Below are positions 21,731 through 32,932 of a DNA stretch of 64,000 nucleotides, piece after piece (positions within the stretch are counted from its first letter, which is position 1; each line of letters starts with the position of its first letter). The translations under genes were made by a program, and so were the position numbers. This stretch comes from Amphiscolops sp. MND2022. Its lineage: Eukaryota. Below the pieces are notes generated by a model that did not search any database, was not told the origin of the DNA, and was given only the letters and a program-made list of their open reading frames with translations. The DNA lies in NCBI GenBank assembly GCA_964187785.1, contig OZ076417.1:36022001-36086000 (forward strand), written 5' to 3'.

Positions 21731-23465
21731 CTTGCCGCATTCAAATAACTTCCGGAAGTAGATTTGAAATTTCACACATCTTAGTATGTTTTCACGATGG
21801 AGGAAGACTCTTAGTTAAATGAAAGCCCTGATCAAGCTAAAATTTAACGATTCAAAAAGAACCAACCTGAAGATACTTCCATAATGGAAGGTCTGAACTC
21901 AGCTCAAAAGCAGCAGTAAACTGTTGTATCGTATGGTTTCGGTAGCTCCTTCCTACAACGCTGGGTGATGAGACTTTCAGTCGGATTGATGAACCAGAAC
22001 AAGCGATGATAACGCAATCAGTAATCACAAAATCAATTTTAGTCTACAATTCAAAAGAAACGGAATCAAAATAGTGAAACAGACTAGTGCAGTAGACTGA
22101 TCTAAAGGAGAAGTCGAATTTGATGTGTTTTCCAGTGCGTAACAAGGATTGAAGGAAATGACACAGTCCCAAGGTCAGAAAGACAGTATTAAATTCCTGA
22201 TGGAAATTAATACAGCTTAAGTGATGCTACTCGGAAACTGTAATCAATTACAACTGTCAACTTTGAACGGTTAGACCAAACGTATAGTGAACAACTATTA
22301 ACGAAGGTATCCAAATGACGTAATGTACGCTGTGTTCCGCCTGCAATAGATTAGTGTTTACATAGTCTGACTTTGCACTCATTTATTATTTACTTAATGG
22401 GACAATAAGTCCACTTGACTACAAACGCTTACATGTACTCAGCCACCAGTGGAATAGGACAGGTGATAATAGCAGCCCACTTTCTTCCACATTGTGACGT
22501 CATCCATGATGAAAGACCACAGGTCATTCAGACTACACTAATTTACTTACATGTACACCCCGGACTATTGAGACCGAATTTTTTCAACTGACAATAATCA
22601 ATTAATGTACCTTGCTTTATTACCCAACATGCAGTGCATTTACCTCACCCAAGTATTTCAACTCATTCAATGGAACGTAATTAGTGGACAACACGTTCAA
22701 CAAAAGCACTAACCACGTTTAATTGAAAATTTGCACATTAAATAAAATTTCAACGAGAGCCGTGGCTGAAAATAAATTATTTAGAATTAACTTATTCCTC
22801 AAAATTATGTCAATCGGAGTGAAATTACCAATGATCGTGCGTACCGAACCTGCCAGTGAAGTACCCCTAAAAGTGCATCATATTAGTAATTTAACCCTTC
22901 AACTATCGGTCAGATTAAACTTACTACCTTATATAACCATCACATGCATCAATCAAAACATTACCTCATCACGTTCAATTTTCATCCAAATCACCGCTTC
23001 ACCTTATCAAATTTCATTTTATTTTATATTCGTCAAACTTATCTGATTGGCTATCACAACTGCTGCGGTCACATAGACCGATGGTCTTTGATCAACATTG
23101 TTGACAAATATTAAAAGTGGTAAACGACTTAACAACCTGTTAACACCGCTTCATAGACCTTTGAAGAGGAAAGCCAAATAAAACTCAAGGACTACTTGAC
23201 GACTGGAAATCTCACCCAACCGTTAAGTTGTTGATGTCCCATTCAGCCAAATCTACCTAAAATAGGAATATAAGGAAAATGGTGTGCGGGGTTTTCCTTT
23301 TAGTCTTCCCGCAAATTCTGAGATTAGACCTTAGGTCAGAAGGACCATATCACTTCATTCTCACATCTACTCAGCTGAAAATCAGTCTCACGAGATCTAT
23401 AAATCAAAATTGCCAAGAAAATACTACTCAGCCGCTACAACGGGAGAATGTCCCTCCAGTTCACC

Positions 23466-24275
23466 ATGGAAGAACGCCCCAGATCGCCAGTCAGCCTTGA
23501 GTACGCCTCTTCTGATGAGGATATGGAGGTGGATTCAATCGCATCCGTTCAAGATCTGCTGGACAGAGAACAAGACGAAGACGAAATACAAGTGTTGGCA
23601 TGCTTTTATGAAAAACCTCCGTTCCCTCCACAGCTAGCTGCAGGACGTGCCATGACAACAACTTTGACTGAAAGTCTGAATGACCTCAGCTTACCAGCAG
23701 AAACTCTTCCGGATACGATTGGCGATTTCACCGAACCTTCTGAAGAATTAATCAACTGGGCTGTAGGTCATCCTCCAGCCTCCTACTGTGCACAGAATGT
23801 GGATCAACACCCGATTGCAGTGTGTAGTCAACTTGATCCGGTTCCAGCAACTCCTGCTTCACCCCCGTTAGTCGACCAAATGCCGCACTATCAATATGAC
23901 AGCCAGCAACAGCACGAGCAATATACAGATCAATGGGCTCAGAACCAGCACATCACAGGGTTGGCAATTTCCGTGAGTGGATATTGCGGGCAACCAAACG
24001 AAACCTATCACTCGGGATGTGTGGTCTGTGGGAAATCTTTCCCCGAAATCAGAGAGGAAATAACTCTGGGCTATCTAGAAGGATCACATGTCAGTGGAGA
24101 AACATACGATCAGAGGATGGCCAAACGACGGGCTTTTCAAGCGGGAATGCGGGCAGGCTCATTTGTCTTAGTCCCCCGGGGAGTGTCACAGGCTGCCGCC
24201 TGTGACGGCATTTTGTATCAAATCATGCCTCAAAACTGTCAAATTAACCCCGGACCTGGGGTACTGCCAATATAG
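23466..24275 (+). CDS. Orphan accessory ORF of the Gypsy element (269 aa, acidic N-terminus, CVVC motif)
   Basis: Uninterrupted ORF between the antisense gene and the 3' LTR; no signal peptide or transmembrane segment evident. Confidence 0.65.
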   Translation: MEERPRSPVSLEYASSDEDMEVDSIASVQDLLDREQDEDEIQVLACFYEKPPFPPQLAAGRAMTTTLTESLNDLSLPAETLPDTIGDFTEPSEELINWAVGHPPASYCAQNVDQHPIAVCSQLDPVPATPASPPLVDQMPHYQYDSQQQHEQYTDQWAQNQHITGLAISVSGYCGQPNETYHSGCVVCGKSFPEIREEITLGYLEGSHVSGETYDQRMAKRRAFQAGMRAGSFVLVPRGVSQAAACDGILYQIMPQNCQINPGPGVLPI

Positions 24276-24442
24276 AAACTGGAACAACCCATTTACAATG
24301 TTAATTACAATTTTACATGTATTCGTTGATTTTAGTAGTATTTAGTAAATAGCCTGACCATGAAATCTGATATTCTACTGTTTGGACTTAAGGTCAAACT
24401 GACCGCATCAATATACTCACAGTATTCACTTGACGCCTGATA

Positions 24443-25633
24443 TGGGGTTAGAGGGAATACGCTCTAGTCGTGTTGACGTGCTGTCAACAACTATATTTAA
24501 TCTCAAGTGCTATTAACACTAAGTACCAGCACAGTGCTACAGTCATTTTGACGTTTGGCCACAAACCATCTATATTTGACAAACAGTACCTACTTAGTTA
24601 TTTAGTGCAGTCAGTCTGACATTAGGTCAACATGTCATTTCATGCAATACCTTAGTATAGTTATCACGACGTAATGTAGTATTGCGTACATGTAACCACT
24701 AGTGCTACCAGTTATTGATATAACCCTTTCTAGTGCTATTTATAGTTGATGATGTAATATGACGTCATGTCTGCGCTTAGTTATTTATAGTATTATGACA
24801 TCATTTGTATTTTATTACCATGACACCCCAAATAATGAGTGTCATGGTCCCCCAACTATATATACAAGGAGTCCGATGTTTAAAGGATCACTTTGTTGAT
24901 ATTGAAACGCTATATACAACCTCTTTGATTTGATTTGATTAATTGCAAAATTCACTGTTAGAAACGTTCAATCTTCTTGTCATGCCTTCTACCAGGAAGC
25001 AAAAGGCCAAAGAGAAACGTTCTAGACAATCTGACGTGATGTCAGATATTGAAAACCTCGATGTAATGTTAGGAGCTTACTCGAGAAATGATTTAGTTGA
25101 GGATGAGAATAATACAGAACCTGAAGTAGACTTAGAATCAGGTAGACACCAGCGGAGTGAAGGCCAAACTGAAAATAACTTTAGGTCATTATTGAACACT
25201 AACCCGAGTGAAAATAGTGAGGTTACTGTAGAAACTAACAGGCTAATCAATTCAGAAATTTCTTCCCAAATGTCTCGAAAACTTGAGGAATTGAAAACAG
25301 ACTTGAATTCTCATATACTTGATGTGATTAACTCCGCATTAGAAGAAAGAGTGCTTCCAAGCATCAAAAACGCTCTGGAAACCAAGAATTCAGCTAAAAA
25401 CGTGAATTTGGACCTTCGGTCAGATGGACTGCATTCGAATGATTTCAGCCAAGAACAGGCCCAAAGGGACCTAAGGTCATATGGACGGCATCTGGAAAAT
25501 CCAACCCAAAGGTTTCAGGATGCCCAAAATGACTTCCCTAGGCTAGAATCGATGAGGAATAACCGTACAAATCATTGTAGAAGGAATTCAATAGATTCCA
25601 ACAATAGTAATGAAAATGATGATGGTTATGACA
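24443..25633 (+). repeat. 3' LTR
   Basis: Direct repeat of 9803-10993 at offset 14640. No clear polypurine tract upstream; the purine-rich GGGGTTAGAGGGAA lies just inside the repeat. Confidence 0.93.
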
Positions 25634-25956
25634 GCAGAAAATTGAAACTTCCTGCATTACCTGCAATTGATAGGCAAGCTATTGCCGCGTGTTGCTCAGC
25701 ACGCCCTTCGCCTTTCAGACTCGTGGAGGATAAAGTTTTTCAATGGGCATACCCTTGCTCAGTGAAAGATCGAAACAAACTTTCTACAAGAATATTCGAA
25801 CTTGCGCGCGACGTGGGCCTCAAAGTCCCCAGAAAGTATCTTTCTATTCCACTCGACGGTTGGAAAAGACCAATAAACGATCAATGTCACATGTCTTACA
25901 TTTTATCTGATAGAAACAAGTTGTTCTCTTGGGAAAGTGTCGTAGTTACTGACTGA
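24982..25956 (+). other. Chimeric ORF (324 aa): LTR-encoded Gag N-terminus fused in frame to flanking hAT transposase remnant
   Basis: Identical to gag up to ..DDGYD at the LTR end, then continues ~107 codons containing RPSPFRLVED and YLSIPLDGW. Expression is unknown. Confidence 0.6.
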
Positions 25957-26260
25957 ACTACTTTGAATCTCTTCGAGATTTTGACATCAATTGTGCATGA
26001 AATGACAGACGCTGGTGGCTCAATTAACCGTGCTGTCGGTGGCATTGCTGCAAACACACAACTCACTTTTTAAAATGTTGAACCAAAAAAAAATCCGCGG
26101 ATTCTGACGGGACGATGTGTCGCCCACATTTTGAATTTGCTGATCGATTACGTTTTTTTGGAATATGTCTAGAGTGAAATGAAAGCCATATTAACCAATG
26201 TCGATCAGTTAATCAAAGACAAAAAATACAACGTTCCGGCTGCCCAAAACCCAATTCACA
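25634..26260 (+). mobile_element. hAT transposase remnant, N-terminal catalytic part
   Basis: PFRLVED, first catalytic Asp context SIPLDGW, and CxxH signature RCVAHILNLLI at 26113-26145; contains stops and frameshifts. Confidence 0.75.
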
Positions 26261-26269
26261 AAACGCTCT

Positions 26270-27290
26270 CAAATATTCTGTTAAAAGTTGTAGTGTTTGA
26301 AGTGTGTTTGTGTGTCATTTCTCTGCGCCTAAACTGGACAACTCATTTTCCTCCATTTAACTTGTCAATTTCGACAGTGCCCAATTTCTTGGCTTCTGAA
26401 ACCTTTTATTATTTTTGGAATGCGGTTTTCTATCTAGCTTTATCAAAAGGTTCCCTAGTTATCTTCCGTTTAGAAGAGCTTGATTTGCTTTTTCCTTGGT
26501 GGCACAAGGTAGTTTCAATTCATTCATTTGTGCGTTGTTACCAGTTTTCAGAAGTGTTACTGTGCATTGCGGATACTTTTTGCACACTCAATCCTGGGTT
26601 TGCAATTCGGCAATTCCTGTAATTTTCATGTATTGTGGGAGTGGTGTTCAGAGTTAGAGATGTTGTTTTTGGTTTAGCGGTTTCACGGCAGTCAATATGC
26701 CACACACAATTTTTGCCAATCCTCCATCATGTGGGAAGTGGTTTCTTGGCTATCAGTTTGTACCATAAATCTGCCATCTGAGGTTTTCATTGTGCCCTTT
26801 ATTTCACACTGGGAACGTGCTTTCTCAAAGTGGTTTTGATTTTGTTAGAGTCCCGGATGTCCGGGTCGTCTTTGGTTTTGATGATAACGAACAATGACTT
26901 CGAGTGATCATTTTGTTGTTGTCTCGGGGATGGGTCGGTTCGTGCTACCACATTTCCAGCGTAGCTTTCAATTGAGAGGGTTAATTTATTGCAGGTTGAT
27001 TGACTGTTTTGTGCTGTATCCTGAATATGCTTTTTTCTTGTGTTCAGATCTCTGGTGAACCCAAGGTGCTCAATCTCTGGTCACAGTTTCCAGAGTCATT
27101 TGCGCTAAGCAATGGTGGTATCTGTACAGAACGTTAGAAATTTACTTTTTTCAGCAAAACTCACGCGATAAGGTACTTTGCATGGATTCAGCTGGTACAT
27201 GTGTCACAATCTACCCCGCAATGTCCGGTGACAGAACACTTGTGGCAGTTTATTTTTCAACAAAACTTTTCGTCATGGGTGAGAACGGTT
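26270..27290 (-). mobile_element. Degenerate LINE ORF1-like remnant
   Basis: Minus-strand fragments CHKC..CGVDCDTCTS*IHAK (PHD-finger-like, near 27170-27260) and RSQEIGHCRN (decayed CCHC-like, near 26365-26400); heavily interrupted. Confidence 0.4.
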
Positions 27291-29127
27291 AAGATACGTA
27301 TCCGCATACCTGAAGAAAAGTGTTACTCAGAAAACTAGTCAAAACCACAAAAACTAAAGCAGGTCGCTGTGATTAGTCTCAGAGGCCTCTCAGCGGAAAT
27401 TTTCTTTTCTTCTAACTTCTCTTGGAAAACCTCTTGTTCGGGTGTCGTTGCAGTGTAAGCTATTTAAGGTTCATCAGATCATGAAAAACTCGAAAAATTT
27501 TGTATTCAACGTTGGGTTTCAGATGGATTTTAGAAGTTTCAGCTACAGTTTTTGGTCCTTTCTTCGTTGGCAGAAGATTTTTGCCTATCTTGATGGCGAG
27601 GATTCAGCTATGTATACTTCTGTTCAGGTTTCATCATTTTGCAGTAAACAATGGATGCAATTCCGTTCCAATAGACTTGAAGGAACTTGAAGGAGTTCGT
27701 TTATCGACAGAGGTTTGTTGCTGTTGTCAGTGTACTCGAAATTTAAATTACTAAAAATGTCGTGCCAGATCAAAACTTCTTGATTTGGCAGGAAGTTCGT
27801 ACTGTTCGAACAGAATAGTTGATACTGAATTGTTCTTCGGATGTTCAATGAATGATTGTTGATGCTCAGTCGTGGAAGCTCAAACTACTTCCAATTGACC
27901 AAATCCTTTTTTTTAGCCACGACATAATTGAGTTTCTCATTGGTTAGAAGCATCTTTTCGGGCATGACCTTACGTTTTCCATTTTTCAATTTGAGTTGCC
28001 TATGCTTAGACGTGCCCTTCAATGTTTCCTGTTGTGAAGAATGGGGGCGTGAACTCAGATGATCGAGTTGGTAGGCTCGTTGATGTGAACCTTCCAGTAC
28101 AGTTCTAATTCTCTAAAGTTGTCCATGGCATAAATGCGATGACAGCTGACGATTCAGTCGCAAAGTGTTTCAATATAGAGCCTTCATTCGGTAGCAGTGG
28201 ATTGAGTGACGTGTACAGTGCTTTGTCTAATATCTTCGACTATTTTGGGCGTTCAGAGATTGTGGAATCCCCTGACTCTTCTGGCATTCGTCATAAGTTG
28301 CATTCGTCTTTGCTGTCGGATGTTTTCGGTTGTTTGGAGCACCCTAAAACTTTCCGTTCCCCCAAAACAGCATTGTATATTAGCTGATGTCAATCCTGCT
28401 ACGTCGACTAAAGAGCTTGACACCTGTCAACCAAGCTGTCAGAGCATTTGTAGGACGTGTCGTCGAAAGGAACCCCTTTCCGGGAGCGGACAAACGGACA
28501 GTGACGGTGAAAATTGTAGACGTATCTTCAGATTTATACAAGTCGCCCACCTTGCAGACGCTATACATTTAGTGCAGGAGGCCGGCCCTCAACCAGGAGA
28601 AGAGTAAAGCCACAGGAACTCAATTTACGATTTTAGTTGTTGAGATATCTTTTATCTTTTTGTCGATTGTTTTTCTTTTCTTTTGTTTCTTTTGTTACTT
28701 TTAAATACTTTCTGTAGACCAGTGCTTTTCTCTTCAGATACGCTGATGACTCGCAATGGGTTGAAAAGGTTTCAATAAATACTTGAACATTGATACTATT
28801 TTTCCAAGCTTTGGATATCATAGCAACTTTTTTTGAAACTTGTTTCTACCGGTCAACTGGGATAGTGGCTGGCATCAGTAGTTTGTTGGCGTTGAGATTT
28901 GTTTTTGTTGAGATTTGTTCAAATGATTCTTTCATGTTTCATGTTTTCATTTCTAAAATGTGTTGATGAATGATTTTACCGCTGTGACTATTGTAGCATT
29001 GGTTTTTGTGAGAACATACAATAACGTCAACCTATCTCAAAATTTTTGCTATCGAGCTATTGCACCCAGTTTAGAGCAACTGCCCACGCAGCATAAATTC
29101 AACATTATTTGGTGATCCTCTCGACGT

Positions 29128-32100
29128 GATACCGGTTAGATCGTTTCAAATTTTTTCTATGGTACGAAAAATCTTTTATCTGAAAAACAATTCGAAGAGT
29201 TTGATCCTCTCCAATTCTCTACTGAAAAATTTCCTTTGACCTTTTGTCTGTGCCCGGAGCTCGTCCACAATATCTTTGGGACTTTGTACCATCTTTCAAA
29301 AAATTTGAAAAGATTGTTTTGTTTGTTTGTGATATTGCATCAGAGGATTTCCAATCAAAAAGTGGCACCTTTTGTGAAGCAAAAGAACTAGTACAAGTCG
29401 CAAGCGAAATACTTGAGCTGGCTCGTATCCTAATTTTGCGTACATCATTTGTTTCTTTTGTGGGAGTGCCACCTCGAGGTACTGAAGGACTGCAAAAAAG
29501 GTCCTAGAACTGAACGCTGAATTGAACGCTTCTTGCGATATACAGAAACATTCTATCATTTTTGTTGTGGTATCGCAGTATTTGTACGATTCGAAACAAA
29601 TATCCGCCGACCTCTGTCACTTTGAAAACGAGGGCTTTGCAAAAGTTCATATATTGTTGAACGAGAATGTATTGAAACAGAAACTCCAGAAATAATCTAA
29701 ATACAGCAAAGTTCGTTTCTACTGTCAAGTCTATCACACTTTTTCTTTCTGACAAGGTGTCTTTTATTCTCTTTGGTTGCACAATCTTCAAGTGTCCTGC
29801 CTGAAAGGGGCAGTGCTCATTCAAAGAAAAACATAGTTTCGTTGCAAATGACTGACATAATTGAAGATTGGACGATACTCACAGCATCCCGAAACGCTCG
29901 TACAGGTATCGTTACTCGTAAAAGCAACGACTTCGAAAGTATCAAAACGAAGTCGCCTGAGGAAGTTACCGCAGGTGACAAAATTTTGGCGGAAACATAA
30001 TTAGACACCATCACTGATAAAATGGCCAAGTTTGGCAAGTTTAACTTGAAACTTCTTGATGCTATTGAGAATACTGATGAAGCCTTAGAAGCAGAACTGC
30101 TTAAACAAGATGAAATTGAAATACAAGTGAAATCTCAAATGAAAAGCATCCAAAAATGGAGACGAAATCACAACTCGGATGTTGATGAAACATCATCAAT
30201 TGACTCGAATCACAGTGATAACAACGTCAAGTTTCCTCGAATACACTTATCGACATTCGATGGGCAATATAAAAAGTGGAAAACTTCTTTTCGATATGTT
30301 CAAATGAACAGTACACAAACATCTTTCAATACCTAAAGATCAAAAACTTTACTTTTCAAGAGGTGCTTCGAAATGTGAAGCTAAACGCATTCTTTCTCAT
30401 TTGCCTACTACGGAAACCAACTATGATGCTGCCATTCAACTGGTGAAAGATCGGTATGACAATGAGTTTTTGATTGCCAAAGCACATTTGAATAACATTT
30501 TCAAAATTGACTCGATGAAAAAAGACAGCGCTGAAAGTATTCGAAAACTCATGGGAGTTTTCAACGAAAATGGAATGGCTCTTAGTGCCTTTGGATTGAT
30601 ACCAAGGGTTCTGATTTCGTGTGTTCACATACTATCAGAGACACTTGACACTGAGACTGCTCATGAGTGGCAGGTGGGTAATACCGATGGAAACCTACAA
30701 TCGATTGATCAATTGAGAAAGTTTCTTGAGCACCCTGCTCGTGCTTTGGAAGCATCTGATCGGTTCACGGACGAATCACGAGAGTCCAACAGAGATAAAA
30801 GAAACTCAAAGAATGCATGCCAAAGCTACCAATCTAATTCTGTTATGCGTCCGCAGTGCAACAAAACATATCACATTTACACGTGTCCAACTTTTCTGGC
30901 CTTGTCAATCACTGATCGTCATGAAAGAGTTAAACGGCTCAAACTTTGCTTCAATTGTCTGAAGCAAGGTCATGGTATTAAAACCAATGTCCAATTTTTC
31001 TTGCACTTTCAATCACCGATCGATACCGGTTAGATCGTTTCAAAATTTTCCTATGGTACGAAAAATCTTTTATCTGAAAAACAATTCGCAGAGTTTGATC
31101 TTCTCCAATTCCTCACTGAAAAAGTTCAAGTTTATTTCCTTTGACCTTTTGTCTGTGCCCGGAGCTCGTCCACAAGATCTTTTGGACTTTTTACACCTTT
31201 CAAAAAATTTGAAAAGATTTTGTTTGTTTGTGGTAATGCATTAGAAGATTTCCAATCGAAAAGTGGCACATTTTGTGAAGCAAAAGAACTATTCCAAGTT
31301 GCAACTGAAGTGTTTGTGCTGGCTCGTAGCCTAATTTTGCGTACATCATCTGTTTTTTTTGTGGGAGTGCCACCTCGAGGTACCAAAGAATTGCAAAAAA
31401 AGGTCCTAGAACTGAACACTTCTTGCAATTTACAGAAACAACCTATTCTTTTTGTTGAGGTATCACATTATTAGTACGATTTGAAACATATATCCGCAGA
31501 CCTCTATCACTTTGAAACGACGCCTTTGCCAAAGTACGTAAATTGTTGAACAAGAAAGTATTGAAACAGAAATTCCAGAAAAAAACTAAATACAGCAAAG
31601 TTCGTTTCTCCTGTCTGGTCTACTTCAATTATTCTTTCTGACAAGGTATCTTTTTTTCTCGTTGCACAATCTTCAAGTGTCCTGCCTGAAAGGTGCTGTG
31701 CTCACGTGAAATCATTGTGTAGTTATTTTTAATTTTTGTGACCTGTCTGAAAGGTGCTGTGCTAACTCAAAGAAAAACTTTGTTTCGTTGAAAAAGACTG
31801 ACATGACTGAAGGTTTGAAGAGGCGCTTAGCTTCCCGAAACGCTCATACAGGTATCGTTACACGTAAAAGCAACGACTTCGAAAGTATCAAAACGAAGTC
31901 GCCTGAGGAAGTTACCGCAGGTGACAAAATTTTGGCGGAAACATAATTAGACACCATCACTGATAAAATGGCCAAGTTTGGCAAGTTTAACTTGAAACTT
32001 CTTGATGCTATTGAGAATACTGATGAAGCCTTAGAAGCAGAACTGCTTAAACAAGATGAAATTGAAATACAAGTGAAATCTCAAATGAAAAGCATCCAAA

Positions 32101-32932
32101 AGTGGAGACGAAATCACAACTCGGATGTTGATGAAACATCATCAATTGACTCGAATCACCGTGATAACAACGTCAAGCTTCCTCGAATACACTTATCGAC
32201 ATTCGATGGGCAATATAAAAAGTGGAAAACTTCTTTTCGATATGTTCAAATGAACAGTACACGAACATCTTTCATTACCTAAAGATCAAAAACTTTACTT
32301 TTCAAGAGGTGCTTTTTTAAATGTGAAGCTAAACGCATTCTTTCTCATTTGCCTACTACGGAAGCCAACTATGATGCTGCCATTCAACTGGTGAAAGATC
32401 GGTATGCCAATGAGTTTTTGATTGCCAAAACACATTTGAATAACGTTTTTAAAATTGACTCGATGAAAAAAAGACAGTGCTGAAAGTCTTCGAAAAGTCA
32501 TAGGAATTTCCAACGAAAATGAAATGGCTCTTAGTGCCTTTGGGATTGATACCAAGGGTTCTGATTTCGTTGGTACACATACTATCAGAGACATTTGACA
32601 CTGAGACTGCTCGTCAGTGGCAGGTGGGTAATACCGATGGAAATCTACAATCGATTGATCAATTGAGAAAGTTTCTTGAGCACCCTGCTCGTGCTTTGGA
32701 AGCATCTGATCGGTTTACAGACGAATCACCAGAGTCCAACAGAGATAAAAGAAACTCAAAGGATGCATGCCAAAGCTACCAATCTAATTCTGTTATGCGT
32801 CCGCAGTGCAACAAAACATATTGCATTTACACAAGTCCAACGTTTCTGGCCTTGTAAATCACTGATCGTCATGAAAGAGTTAAACAGCTCAAACTTTGCT
32901 TCAATTGTCTGAAGCAAGGCCATGGTATCAAA
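29128..32932. repeat. ~1.9-kb tandem duplication including BEL/Pao gag
   Basis: GATACCGGTTAGATCG occurs at 29128 and 31022; near-identical ORFs 30022..30336 and 31968..32282; similarity ends after GGTAT(T/C)AAAAC at ~30983 and ~32933. Confidence 0.9.
29817..30985 (+). mobile_element. BEL/Pao retrotransposon gag remnant (first, truncated copy)
   Basis: VKFPRIHLSTFDGQYKKW and NYDAAIQLVKDRYDN (DUF1759-type gag); Cys motif CFNCLKQGH; frameshifted. Confidence 0.85.

Larger units (their letters stand above)
10771..25486. promoter_or_regulatory. Dispersed 19-bp motif GAC-N4-GGTCA-N4-GAC (candidate protein-binding sites)
   Basis: Exact + strand copies at 10771, 10828, 12625, 16986, 17064, 20439, 22515, 23327, 24385, 25411 and 25468; exact - strand copies at 13302-13320 and 15547-15565. 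Function is inferred. Confidence 0.7.
9803..25633 (+). mobile_element. Full-length young Ty3/Gypsy LTR retrotransposon with extra genes (15.8 kb)
   Basis: 1191-bp direct repeats with TG..CA ends; PBS; gag with two CCHC knuckles; pol in PR-RT-RH-IN order; all ORFs intact. No TSD found (left flank ..GTATT, right flank GCAGA..). Confidence 0.95.

Noticed and set aside
23466-24275. ORF in the env position called as env
   Set aside because: No signal peptide, furin site or transmembrane anchor visible.
24392-24405. GGTCA-N3-TGACC as a bona fide estrogen response element
   Set aside because: Only this copy is a full palindrome; the conserved pattern is the longer three-half-site motif, and nothing in the sequence identifies the binding factor.
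27900-28400. Possible minus-strand hAT C-terminal fragment (ELELYWKVH)
   Set aside because: No ERxFS or other corroborating motif could be read.
29109-29120. TGGTGATCC as the PBS of the BEL/Pao element
   Set aside because: No preceding LTR with a CA end and no matching second LTR identified.
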